Assembly: GCA_965223425.1 (NCBI GenBank)
Contig: OZ245003.1
Span: forward strand, 1,056,001 to 1,120,000
Source: Nitrosopumilus sp.
GTDB lineage: Archaea > Thermoproteota > Nitrososphaeria > Nitrososphaerales > Nitrosopumilaceae
DNA length: 64,000 nt
Reading direction: 5' to 3'
Of this stretch, positions 31,095-41,820 are shown piece by piece (within the stretch, counting starts at the first letter, position 1; the number at the start of each line of letters is the position of its first letter). The translations under genes and the position numbers were made by a program. The notes beneath the pieces were generated by a model, which saw only the letters and a list, made by a program, of their open reading frames with translations, ran no database searches and had not been told where the DNA came from.

Positions 31095-31408
31095 GGCGTG
31101 TTGCATAATTTGTATTCCTTACGCCGATTTTTTTGCAGACTGAATCCTGGCCTCGACGGCATCTTGCAGTATTGTGGATATCCAAGGCCGTCTAGTGGAA
31201 TATATCAAAGTAATCTCCAAGAAACAGTCTTGTCTGGGGATTCCCTTCTATGATGATTCTCCAGTCCGGAATTTTGTGTGTATGTCCGGTATTATGAGGA
31301 TTTTGGCGTCGTGTACCATGCTATGATTGACACATGTGCGAATCTGTGTCCATCTACGCCATGCGGGATACTCCCAGCAATGCGCTAGGCGCAATTATGC
31401 GACACACC
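31095..31408 (-). mobile_element. degenerate IS remnant (IS1595-like), 314 bp
   Basis: imperfect TIR GGCGTGTTGCATAATT / GGTGTGTCGCATAATT; decayed VNHS...IHT motif on minus strand; no clean TSD. Confidence 0.55.
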
Positions 31409-31448
31409 AACGGAATGGAAATTATTATATGGAGATCAAAAGTCACGA

Positions 31449-32858
31449 TTGAACATGAATAAGCGTGTTAGCATGCTCTTTACAATTACAGCAGTAGCTG
31501 TGATGGGCGCAACCTTATTCGGAAGCACATACACACAAACCCAGATTGCTGGACAATCACTTGATGCATCTAAATTAGATGTTGACGTGCTTGAACAAAT
31601 CCATCAAATGGGAGGTTTACAGCTAGTAATGCCTCAAGCATTCGCAGAAACTGATTGTGGTGCACTTGAATCATCTGGACGCACTGTCGTCGAGTTTGAT
31701 CTTACTGGTGAAAGCGTTGAACTTCCAATTATGGGAGGAAAGACATACAACGCCATGACCTTTAGTGAACAAGTCCCAGGACCAACACTAAGAGTTACAC
31801 AAGGCGATGTCGTAAAAATGACACTTTCAATTCCAGCTGATGAAGTTACTGCTCACGGTAACGACATGCACTCATCACAAATATCTGCATTGGCTTTTGA
31901 CTCCGTTAATCCTGGAGAAACAAGTCAATACTGTTACATTGCTGAATCCGCAGGAGTTTTCAAATACCATTGCTCTGGTGTTCACTTGGTTGGAATGGAC
32001 CAACACGTATTTTCCGGTATGTACGGAATTGCAATTGTTGATCCAGCCAATGGATACAAGAAACTAATGGTAGAGAAAACAAGTGGTAGCGGCGAGTTAG
32101 ACAGAATGTTCTACGATGCTGATGCACTAGAGTTCCAACTACAGTTCAACCAATTATATCTTACACCTGAGGGCAACTATGATGCAGGAGCAATGTTCCA
32201 ACATCATAACAGCGCAACAGTTGTTAACGGTATTCAATTTGGCTATGTTCCAAACATGTTGCACAACATCCTTCTAAAGGGTGATGCAAACAAGAACGTC
32301 TTTGTAGCACAACCATGGAATGGTCTTGAACTAGAAAATATGCAATCACAACTCATGTATGTTGAAAATGATCAACACGTGAGACTCTTTGTTGAAAACC
32401 ATGGTAACGAACCACTATTCTTCCACATTGTTGGAGAAATCTTGGATAGAGTTACACAAGGCAACAGAGTACAATCTGGAGCAACTGAAACATGGCTACT
32501 TGGCGGTTCACAGAACATGATTGTAGATTTGGTCTTTGATGAACCAGGAGCTTACGCATTTCTAAACCACGACTATGCAGCAATTTACACTGGCGGCATT
32601 GGTCTTTTCATTGCAGGTGATCCATTTGGATTAAACCCACGATTGATTGATGCAGGCATCTTAACTGATCCTGTTCCTTCATATGCATATGTATTAGGCA
32701 ACCCAAGCAGTGCTGTACCACCAATGGGGGCAAACAGTATTGAACACCCAGCAGTAAACATTCATGGTCTGTACACTGATAATGTGGTTTCTGAAAAGAA
32801 AGATGCAGGTATGATTCCTTTATGGGAAGTAATACCAACATTACCACCAGTACCATAG
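31449..32858 (+). CDS. nirK: copper-containing nitrite reductase (AOA type)
   Basis: HGNDMH, YHC...H....M copper ligands, FHIVG, NHD. Confidence 0.92.
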   Translation: MNMNKRVSMLFTITAVAVMGATLFGSTYTQTQIAGQSLDASKLDVDVLEQIHQMGGLQLVMPQAFAETDCGALESSGRTVVEFDLTGESVELPIMGGKTYNAMTFSEQVPGPTLRVTQGDVVKMTLSIPADEVTAHGNDMHSSQISALAFDSVNPGETSQYCYIAESAGVFKYHCSGVHLVGMDQHVFSGMYGIAIVDPANGYKKLMVEKTSGSGELDRMFYDADALEFQLQFNQLYLTPEGNYDAGAMFQHHNSATVVNGIQFGYVPNMLHNILLKGDANKNVFVAQPWNGLELENMQSQLMYVENDQHVRLFVENHGNEPLFFHIVGEILDRVTQGNRVQSGATETWLLGGSQNMIVDLVFDEPGAYAFLNHDYAAIYTGGIGLFIAGDPFGLNPRLIDAGILTDPVPSYAYVLGNPSSAVPPMGANSIEHPAVNIHGLYTDNVVSEKKDAGMIPLWEVIPTLPPVP

Positions 32859-32903
32859 ATAGGTACTAACTTCAATCTTTTTCTATTTTTTCTTGATAAA
32901 CTC

Positions 32904-33044
32904 GGTTCTGTAACGTTGTCGGTACATGACAAAATACGGATCTTCTCTGGATTGAAATAACAAATGGAAGACTTTGATTCAAAACGCCTCATTGAGCCAA
33001 TACCAGTAGTGATTTTGGTCATGTACCGATAACTTCACAGAACC
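32904..33044. mobile_element. 141-bp MITE (IS6-like ends)
   Basis: 27-bp imperfect TIR GGTTCTGTAACGTTGTCGGTACATGAC; perfect 8-bp TSD ATAAACTC (32896-32903, 33045-33052). Confidence 0.88.
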
Positions 33045-33088
33045 ATAAACTCATAATGGTTATATTCGGTGAATGAAGGCAATCATTC

Positions 33089-34021
33089 ATGGGTTTTGAT
33101 GAATCTGTTTTAATCTGTGACGAAGTAGATCCAATACTGAACAAAATTTTAGAAGACAACGGTCTGAATGTTTCTTATGAACCAACCATTACTTCTGAAC
33201 AAATCTTGGAAAAAATTTCTAGTTTTAATATTGTAATTGTAAGAAGCAGAACTACCATTACTAAAGAGATGGTAGAAAAGGCAGAAAGTTGTAAGATAAT
33301 TGCGCGTGTTGGAGTTGGACTTGATAATGTCGATCAGGAAACGGCCAAAGCAAAAAACATTCGTGTCATTAATGCTGTAGAAGGCGCGATGAATGCAGTA
33401 GCTGAACTAGTCTTGGGACTGATGTTGTCTTTAGCAAGACAGACGGTTAGAGGCGATAGATCTATACGAAATGAGCAATGGCTCAAAAAAGAATTGAAAG
33501 GAACAGAACTTCGAGGAAAGTATCTTGGAATAATTGGTTTAGGAAACATTGGAAAAAGATTGGGAAGACTTGCACGTGCACTTAACATGAACATTATCGG
33601 ATATGACGTAATCCCCATTGATGAAGAGTTTTCCAAAGAAGTTGGTTTAATGAAAGCTGACTTGAATACCCTTTTGCAAAGCTCTGACTACGTTTCAATA
33701 CACGTTCCATTGTTGGATTCAACGTATCATCTTTTGGATGCTCAAAAAATGTCTATGATGAAAAATACTGCAAAAATTATTAACACATCTAGAGGTGGCG
33801 TTGTCGATGAAGACGCACTTTATGACGCTTTAAAAAATGGTACTTTGGGCGGTGCAGCGTTGGATGTGTTTGAAAAGGAACCTGCTATTGGAAACAAATT
33901 GGCTGAACTAGATAATGTAATTTTAACGCCTCATGTTGGCGCTCAAACCAAAGAGGCTCAATCTTTGGCTGCAAACGTAATTGCTGAAAAGATTATTCAG
34001 ATACTTCGGGGCGTAATCTAA
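33089..34021 (+). CDS. D-2-hydroxyacid dehydrogenase (SerA-like)
   Basis: RVGVGLDNVD, GLGNIG, NTSRG, TPHVGA. Confidence 0.88.
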   Translation: MGFDESVLICDEVDPILNKILEDNGLNVSYEPTITSEQILEKISSFNIVIVRSRTTITKEMVEKAESCKIIARVGVGLDNVDQETAKAKNIRVINAVEGAMNAVAELVLGLMLSLARQTVRGDRSIRNEQWLKKELKGTELRGKYLGIIGLGNIGKRLGRLARALNMNIIGYDVIPIDEEFSKEVGLMKADLNTLLQSSDYVSIHVPLLDSTYHLLDAQKMSMMKNTAKIINTSRGGVVDEDALYDALKNGTLGGAALDVFEKEPAIGNKLAELDNVILTPHVGAQTKEAQSLAANVIAEKIIQILRGVI

Positions 34022-34131
34022 CCACACGTATAATTTCTACGCATGAATTAAAAATAAGTAAAAAAGCTTGACTTGTACGTGACTTATTATCGCCCCTTCA
34101 TTTTTAACACCCATTTGGAGGATTTCATATC

Positions 34132-35016
34132 GTGTTGAACAGCATCGGTATGGATAAGCTGCAATCTGAAAGGCTGAAACACTTTCCTAATGTTGATTCT
34201 CTGTTAAAAGTCTCATTTGGATTGATGCTGTTTACAATCATATCCTCTGCACTAGTATACGCTGAAACCCTTTCAGTAGAAGTTGGTGGAACTTCATATG
34301 ATGTTGATTATACTGTAACTGGAATGACAGTATCGGGAATTGAGTCTGACTTTGGTTTTATCTCCTTGATAATTACTGTTGATGTTCCTGATTCAACTGG
34401 AACATTGGATATTACGTTTGACAGATCTTTTTTTGATTCTACTTTTGAAGGAGTAGATGATGATTTTATTATTTTAGCAGATGGTGATGAAGCAACTTCT
34501 ACAGAAACTAATACAAATTCTCAAAGCCGAACTTTGAGTATTGAGTTGCCTGCAGGAACTGCAGATGTCGAAATCATTGGTTCTGTATTTGGCATATCTG
34601 CTCTTGAAGAAACACCAGAAGAAACACCAGAAGAAGCACCAGAAGAAGCACCAGAAGAAGCACCAGAAGAAGCACCAGAAGAAGCACCAGAAGAAGCACC
34701 AGAAGAAGCACCAGAAGAAGCACCAGAAGAAACACCAGAAGAAGCACCAGTTAAAGATAAACCAAAAACCCAATGCGGTCCTGGAACCATTCTCAAAGAT
34801 GGAGTATGTGTTCTGGATGAAAGATGCGGTCCCGGAACCATTCTCAAAAATGGTGTATGTGTACTTGACTCAACACCACAACCTGCTGCTGGAACCGGAA
34901 CAAGCAAAGGAATGGGTAAAGAATTGATCACTGGAGTTATTGCAGCATTTGCAGCTGCAGGGACTGTTGGAATTATTTTAGGATTAATTGCAAAAGCCGG
35001 TAAGAGCAGACCTTAA
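34132..35016 (+). CDS. membrane-anchored surface protein with acidic linker and two CGPGT..C repeats
   Basis: signal-like N-terminus, EEAP repeats, C-terminal TM; start uncertain. Confidence 0.7.
   Translation: MLNSIGMDKLQSERLKHFPNVDSLLKVSFGLMLFTIISSALVYAETLSVEVGGTSYDVDYTVTGMTVSGIESDFGFISLIITVDVPDSTGTLDITFDRSFFDSTFEGVDDDFIILADGDEATSTETNTNSQSRTLSIELPAGTADVEIIGSVFGISALEETPEETPEEAPEEAPEEAPEEAPEEAPEEAPEEAPEEAPEETPEEAPVKDKPKTQCGPGTILKDGVCVLDERCGPGTILKNGVCVLDSTPQPAAGTGTSKGMGKELITGVIAAFAAAGTVGIILGLIAKAGKSRP
34606..34749 (+). repeat. 12-bp tandem repeat x12 (EEAP/EETP)
   Basis: GAAGAA(G/A)CACCA x12. Confidence 0.95.
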
Positions 35017-35528
35017 TCACAAGACAAATCTTCTGCTTTCATCGTTTTATCCAAATCAAATCCTGATATCTGATTGATAGAAGAATAGGGAATTATTCCT
35101 AATATGGGCGTGTTTGTCTCTATTACTACAATAAACCTGTTAGGATCAAGTCTGATGACTCCTCCATCAAACTCAAAATCCAATGTCATGAAAACATGCT
35201 GAGCTTCAGAAATATATTCACTTGAAAAAATTCCTTCGTGAACTGCTGATGAAACTGGATTGATTGTTAATGGTTCTACTGCCAATGAGCCCAAATGTTT
35301 AGAATCATAAAATGTTGCTATTTCAAACTTTTGTAAACTAACCCAGAGTGGCATTGCATTGCAAAATTCCACTTCTCCATCATTTGACATCGTAAAAAAA
35401 CTAAATTCTCCGGGCTGGTGCCATCTGTATTCTAATTGGGATGCTCCAAGAATACTTAATCCTGAATGAGCAAACGGAATAATGATTACTATTATTGCTA
35501 TTATTGTGATAATTGAATATTTATTCAT
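35013..35528 (-). CDS. hypothetical protein with N-terminal TM
   Basis: 171 aa ORF with host-like composition. Confidence 0.7.
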   Translation of the reverse strand: MNKYSIITIIAIIVIIIPFAHSGLSILGASQLEYRWHQPGEFSFFTMSNDGEVEFCNAMPLWVSLQKFEIATFYDSKHLGSLAVEPLTINPVSSAVHEGIFSSEYISEAQHVFMTLDFEFDGGVIRLDPNRFIVVIETNTPILGIIPYSSINQISGFDLDKTMKAEDLSCD

Positions 35529-36181
35529 GCTTCATTTTCATTTCCTGTTGATAATGAAATAACGTCTTCATCGACAAGATGATTTATCACTTGAGCAAAA
35601 TCTTCATCTGAAATTGCTCCTTGAACCCACCAATATCCTACAGCTTTTACCCAATTTGGTATATCTATTTCATGAATATTGCTCTCATTGATTTCAAATG
35701 GTATGTTGATTAATTCTGCATCAACATATTTCTGAAATGCATCTACTAGGTATCCATCTGACATTTTAGCATTAAGCCATTCTATCAAAAACTGTTTGAC
35801 TATTATTGGAATGCAAATACTGTTTGAATCAATTAAATCAAATTCTGCTGTAAACTGTGCACCAGAATATTCTACATCTATGAAATATTTTCCTAGTGGA
35901 AATATCTCTTCTTCAAATGCAAGTAATGATGGAACTGGATTTTGCAAGCTTGTAATCGGAATTGGAATTGCACTGCTTCCTTTACCGGCTTCATCTCTGA
36001 TGTGAATAATCGCAGAATCTCCTGTAATCTCGGAAACTTCAATCGTGTAGAATAATTTTTCACAGTACTTGTATGTCGTTTTTTCCATTACAATAGTAAC
36101 TGATGGCTCTGCATATGCGGCTGGTAAAAATACAAAACTTATTGCCAAAATTATGGGCAAAATTGCTTTTCTGGCCTTCAT
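35525..36181 (-). CDS. secreted protein with thaumarchaeal IPxWVK..WW..G.ISD C-terminal module
   Basis: signal peptide (PAAYA); IPNWVKAVGYWWVQGAISDEDF. Confidence 0.75.
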   Translation of the reverse strand: MKARKAILPIILAISFVFLPAAYAEPSVTIVMEKTTYKYCEKLFYTIEVSEITGDSAIIHIRDEAGKGSSAIPIPITSLQNPVPSLLAFEEEIFPLGKYFIDVEYSGAQFTAEFDLIDSNSICIPIIVKQFLIEWLNAKMSDGYLVDAFQKYVDAELINIPFEINESNIHEIDIPNWVKAVGYWWVQGAISDEDFAQVINHLVDEDVISLSTGNENEA

Positions 36182-36352
36182 CTTCTTTTTTTCTATTATC
36201 GCTCAATAAAAATCTCAAACCGATACTGAATATATTGATAAGTTGGCGGGCGTTTTCGTAATTTTCCTAGTTTTCAAGTAAGTGTAAAGTTAGGCAAGAT
36301 CTAGATTAGTTCACATATAATTTGAGGATTTATTCAAGATTTTAACATATGA

Positions 36353-36948
36353 CAGTAGTTGGGATTGTACCGTTCCAAAACAGCCCACAAATCACCCGAT
36401 AGGCGGTGGCCACCTGGCATACACATATTCTGCAAACACGCGGATCATCCTGTTTAAAACACCGGCAAGTGTCACATGGTACCTTTGTCTGCCCACCGTG
36501 CGACGCAGGCCTATCCAAATGTTAGACCTTATGCGTAATCGACTAAGAATTCAAAATCAAATTGGTTTACTAAGGTAAAAATCATCTAGCAATATTAGTT
36601 TGATCGATTACGCATAAGGTCTGTTGTTTAGCACCAGTGATAAAACAAACAAAAGCATCCGTACGGAGGGGTTCCTGCTGGCAGTGCGCGGGCGTATGCT
36701 CTTTGCAGACCTGTACCCCGTTTCAATTCCCCACCGTTTTTTGTACTGCTCTGGGATGTACTTGATAACGTCCATTTCGCTCTCGTATGGCAGCGACGTT
36801 GCAAATGCGCGATACCTGTCAAACATGGTGCCGTCTTTTTTCCTGGCGTCATCCCTGATCAGAACCAGGTTGAACGTGAACTTTTCGGAGCCTGATTTTA
36901 TGGTGTACCTAGAGACATTGCCGCGCTTTCCTTGGGCGTGCTGTACAA
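36353..36948 (-). mobile_element. ISH3/IS4-like element C, 3' fragment
   Basis: end CAGTAGTTGGGATTGTAC; YKKRWGIETGY motif; interrupted by a MITE and cut by element B. Confidence 0.75.
36524..36622. mobile_element. 99-bp MITE (ends related to IS5-type element 3944..5547)
   Basis: perfect 19-bp TIR AGACCTTATGCGTAATCGA; 3-bp TSD GTT; removal restores LNNIW reading frame. Confidence 0.9.
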
Positions 36949-39106
36949 CAGTAGATGAAAATGTACTAGCCAGCAGACGGCTGTTCTGGCCAAATCCCCC
37001 TGCCAGGAACCACATCAGCAGAAAATTTTTCCATCAGCTCGAACATTATCAGCAGAGGAATAACGGCAACATCACGCCGCCCTCCATTGCATCTCCCGGA
37101 CCTTGCAGCCGGTATTACCCACAAATTATACATTACAAGTGCCATAAAGAACAGAAATATTCTGATGACTGCGTTCTGGCCGGTGGTTTTGGGCCTTGAT
37201 CTCTCTGCGTCCCGGTACCCCGTTTCTATGCCCCACCTCTTTTTGTACTCCTCTGGAATCCCTTCTGTCTCAAAGAGCGGGTTACGGCAGTCAAGGTTGG
37301 TGGCATACACCAAATATCTGTCCGGTGTGTTCTCCGAATCCCATCCCCCCCCTATCTCCCTTCTTTTTTGCCACAATGACCAGCCGAAACGACCGGCCCT
37401 GCTTGTGCTTGCGTGTCATAAGCGTGTGCGTGGAGACTGCATCCCTCTTGCCGTCGTGGTGATCCAGTATTGCCCTTTTTATTGCAAAAGTTTTTGATGC
37501 CGGCATGATGAATCCGTGATCTGCCTGCCGGATCTCCCTTGTGACATCGCTTGAAAAGAATCCGCGGTCAAGCAGCAGCAGCAGTTTGCACCGAACCCCC
37601 ACATCGGCGCAGTCCTGCAGCAGATCACGCACGATACAGGCAGGTTTGTACCCCTTTTTGAGGGGCCTGCATGCCACATCAAGGTTGGGCCTGTCCACGC
37701 ACTGCATCGTGGCGTATCCCTAACCTGGCGGTTCCATTCCTGTGTTTTGAGCGCACCATAGTTAGCATATTAAATAATTGAACATTTTCACAGGCAGGAT
37801 CTCCTTTCTGGCAAACAGCGTGCGTACTGACTGCTCCATCTCATCTAGCGTGCCAAACACCTTTGCAGACAGTACCCGCTTTATCACCCTCCACTGCATC
37901 TCAATGGGATTAAGCTCCGGCGTGTACGGCAGCAGGTACTCCAGAACTATCTCGCCGTTGTATCTTTCCAGAAACTTCTTTACCTTTTTGGATTTGTGAT
38001 ATGACGCATTGTCTACAAACAGCAGCACCTTGCCGAATCTTTTGTGAACCCGTTCCAAAAAGCTGCAAAAGCTGTCGCTGTTTGACTTTTCATAAAACAT
38101 AAAGTAAAATGCGCTTGCTGACAGGACTCCAAAGATGTATCTTCTCTTGCGTGACAAAACAGAGGGGGATGTGGCGCGCTTGCCGCGCCTTCTCCACCCG
38201 TAGCCGGGCCTGTTTGATGCCTTTTGAATCGAGGATGCATCGCCGGCCAGTACGGTGTATCCCTGCGCCGACTTTTCTGCAACGAGTTTTTTTGCCCGCT
38301 CCTGAAACTCTTTTTGCTTTCTTTTTGAGGCTGATCTTGGGTTTTTTGGACGCGCCTTGCTCCACGAAAAGCCCATCTCCTTGATCAGTTGCAGCACGCC
38401 TGCCTTGCTGTACTGCACGCCGAACTTTCGCTTGATGTGCAGCCTTGCGAGGTTGGAGTCCCACAGGCTGCTCTCAAAGCCGCATGACTCCGGCCCCGCA
38501 TCCAGGTCTGCTGCAAGCTGTCCTGCCTGCGGCCCGCCTAGCAGGTGCTTTCGTCCCCTGCCGCTGCGCTCGAACCTTGCGCGCATTCCCTCTTCCTGTG
38601 CGCGGTTGAGCCATGCAGATATGGTGGACTTGGGCCTTCCCAGCATCCTTCCAATCCTGTCTAGCGGCACGCCGTCCTTGCGCTGCATGTACGCAAGCAG
38701 CCTGTCGCGTCTTCTGGGATCGGTCTCTTTTTTGTATGCCCTTTTGAGGTCTGCAACGCTGGTGTTTGGCAGAAATTTTGCCCCCCTTGCAACCTGTCTC
38801 TTTTTTTGTTTGTACATGCAGTGTGTGCGGTATGGCCGGTCTTGGATCTTTTGGCCAAAAATAATTGTCAAAATGATTCAGTTTTTTTATGTGCATACTA
38901 CAGCTGTTTTTCTCTGGTATCGGAGCTCCTGTCGTACCGCGGTATGTTGTGCGTGTCAATTGCCATGACATGCGGGGTTCTGCGCAGGAGGCCTGCCTGT
39001 GTTGCGCACAGTACGGTCTTGCGCACCATCTCCCGGCACCTCTTCTCCATGATGTGCCTGTCAGAACATGTGTCCCTTATCTTCCCCAGAACCCACACCG
39101 ATGACG
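36949..39106 (-). pseudogene. ISH3/IS4-like element B, frameshifted, interrupted by IS630 and 5'-truncated
   Basis: end CAGTAGATGAAAATGTAC; AIDTHNIPRY, LLDRGFFS, YKKRWGIETGY fragments. Confidence 0.8.
37759..38900 (-). mobile_element. IS630-family element (type a), complete; transposase about 37762..38817
   Basis: TIR TAGTATGCACATAAAAAAACTGAA / TAGTTAGCATATTAAATAATTGAA; flanked by CA..CA; HTH plus DDE motifs. Confidence 0.92.
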
Positions 39107-40236
39107 TAGTGAATTGGATTAACAATCGGTCACAAAACAGACAACATTGTTTTATCACAAGATCTAGATCCCAGTGTATGGCAGAATCCGCATGAAATAC
39201 AACAATTCTGCAATACCGGCAGACAGAAGGTTCCTGTCCGGCGTCTCCAGTGCGCGCCTGCGCAGCATGCACAAAAAGGAGACAGATCCCAGGGCCGCAG
39301 CAAGACTGCTGGCATATGCCATGCGCAAGGAGGGCATGTCCATACGCCGGATATGCATGGCCCTCAACAGATCATACTCTACAGTACGGGACTGGCTTGT
39401 GCGCGCCGCACAGCTTGGCACCTACGGCAGGTACGACATCAAAAACAAAGGCGCGCCAAACAAGCTCGATCCGGAACAGACAAAGCAGCTGCGCGCAGAC
39501 CTGCTGGCAGGCCCGCGCAGTTGCGGGTTCGAGTCCGGAGTGTGGACGGCACCGCTGCTGGCCGTACACATCAGAAAAAAGTTCGGCGTGCAGTATGCCA
39601 CTGTCAGCATATATGACATACTGCACAGGATGGGCTTTTCGTGCAGAAAGCCGCGTCCAAAGCACCCAAGTCAGCCTCAGAATCAGAGAAAAAAAAGTTT
39701 AAAAAAAAGCAGGGGAGATAATCCGGAGCCATCCAGGCCATACGGTGGTTACAGTTGACGAGGCCTCCTTTATCATTGGGTGGAATGCCAAGAACGGGTG
39801 GTACCCCAGGGGCAGGCCCGTCACCACTCCAGTCAGCCTGTCGCGCAAAAGGTTCTACTCGTTTGGGGCACTGTACGACGGAGGCTTTGACTGCAGGTTC
39901 TATGCCAAGGCCGACAGCTACGGCTTTGTGGACATGCTCGGACACCTGCATCTCAAGCACGGCAAGATCATCGCCTTTCTTGATAACGCATCGTACCACA
40001 AGTCAAAGATGGTCAATGATTTTGTCGACTCGTATGACGGCGACATAGTCCCTGTTTACTTGCCCGTGTACACCCCGGAGCTGAATCCCGCAGAGGGGCA
40101 GTGGAGGCTGTTAAGAAGGGCCACTGCAAACGTGATGTATGAAAGTACAAAGGTGATGAAGGAATCCATATGGACAATGCTGGATAGACGTGAGGTCAGG
40201 ATAACAAGGATGAGCGGTTATTTATCCTAGTCACTA
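39107..40236 (+). mobile_element. IS630-family element (type b), frameshifted transposase 39174..40230
   Basis: ends TAGTGAATTGGAT / ATCCTAGTCACTA; two 1-bp deletions relative to 40318..41449. Confidence 0.9.
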
Positions 40237-40317
40237 CGTGCACCCGTGTCTTGAAGCCTGTTGTGCCGTACGAGGGATTCTACAAACGTGTTTCTCTCAG
40301 ACGCCCTGATTAGCACG

Positions 40318-41449
40318 TAGTGACTAGGATAAATAACCGCTCATCCTTGTTATCCTGACCTCACGTCTATCCAGCATTGTCCATATGGATTCCTTCATCA
40401 CCTTTGTGCTTTCATACATCACGTTTGCAGTGGCCCTTCTTAACAGCCTCCACTGCCCCTCCGTGGTATTCAGCTCCGGGGTGTACACGGGCAAGTAAAC
40501 AAGGACTATGTCGCCGTCATACGAGTCGACAAAATCATTGACCATCTTTGACTTGTGGTATGATGCGTTATCAAGAAAGACGATGATCTTGCCGTGCTTG
40601 AGATGCAGGTGTCCGAGCATGTCCACAAAGCTGTAGCTGTTGGCCTTGGCATAGAACCTGCAGTCAAAGCCGCCGTCGTACAGCGCCCCAAACGAGTAGA
40701 ACCTTTTGCGCGACAGGCTGACTGGAGTGGTGACGGGCCTGCCCTTGAGGTACCACCCGTTCTTGGTATTCCACCCAATGATAAAGGAGGCCTCATCAAC
40801 TGTAATCACCGTATGGTCTGGATGGCTCCGGATTATCTCCCCTGCTTTTTTTTTAAACTCTTTTTTCTCTGATTCTGAGGCTGATTTTGGGTGCTTTGGA
40901 CGCGGCTTTCTGCACGAAAAGCCCATCCTGTGCAGTATGTCATATATGCTGACAGTGGCATACTGCACGCCGAACTTTTTTCTGATGTGTACGGCCAGCA
41001 GCGGTGCCGTCCACACTCCGGACTCGAACCCGCAACTGCGCGGGCCTGCCAGCAGGTCTGCGCGCAGCTGCTTTGTCTGTTCCGGATCGAGCTTGTTTGG
41101 CGCGCCTTTGTTTTTGATGTCGTACCTGCCGTAGGTGCCAAGCTGTGCGGCGCGCACAAGCCAGTCCCGTACTGTAGAGTATGATCTGTTGAGGGCCATG
41201 CATATCCGGCGTATGGACATGCCCTCCTTGCGCATGGCATATGCCAGCAGTCTTGCTGCGGCCCTGGGATCTGTCTCCTTTTTGTGCATGCTGCGCAGGC
41301 GCGCACTGGAGACGCCGGACAGGAACCTTCTGTCTGCCGGTATTGCAGAATTGTTGTATTTCATGCGGATTCTGCCATACACTGGGATCTAGATCTTGTG
41401 GTTGAATAATGTTGTCTGTTTTGTGAGCGATTGTTAATCCAATTCACTA
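40318..41449 (-). mobile_element. IS630-family element (type b), intact transposase 40324..41382
   Basis: VDEASF, LDNASYH, YTPELN motifs; CG duplication within ISH3-like element A sequence. Confidence 0.93.
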
Positions 41450-41714
41450 CGTCCAGTATGTCATTGCATCCGTATACGGCGTTGTGCCTCTCAGACATGG
41501 CATGCCAAGCTTTTGAAACGACGAGCGCAGGATTTTAAACCGGTTTGATGTTATATTGTACTGGCGTGCGATCAGTTCGTCTTGTAATTCGACTTTCATG
41601 ACATATTGCACGCCGTAGCCTAATCTGGATCTTTGCATTGCAGTTAGGCGGTAACGCACCGGCATCTGGGCACAAACCTACATCTGGGCACAAACCTACA
41701 TCTGGGAACTACTG
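41450..41714 (-). mobile_element. ISH3-like element A, 5' fragment (continues at 40237..40317)
   Basis: near-identical to 858..1202, including TIR and 18-bp repeats. Confidence 0.9.
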
Positions 41715-41820
41715 ATATGCTGGGCAAATCCATCTGCATTTTTACTCGTAAAAGTAGAATAGTCATTTTTCAGACCTATTGGAGTTCCGCCATCATCTAC
41801 TCCGATAAGTATACTGCCGA
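41715..41820 (-). pseudogene. Schlafen/AlbA_2-domain gene fragment
   Basis: GSILIGVDDGGTPIGLKND motif. Confidence 0.55.

Noticed and set aside
36307-36330. TAGTTCACATATAATTTGAGGA resembling an IS630-type end
   Set aside because: No partner end is visible and it is preceded by AT, so the target cannot be reconstructed; a possible counter-example to the YR rule but not assessable.
39660-39760. Programmed frameshift in IS630 type b
   Set aside because: The neighbouring copy is a single ORF; this copy simply has two 1-bp deletions.
37087-41392. Numerous overlapping alternative-frame ORFs in IS regions and antisense ORFs across core genes
   Set aside because: Shadow ORFs from GC-rich IS DNA or antisense codon bias; no motifs.
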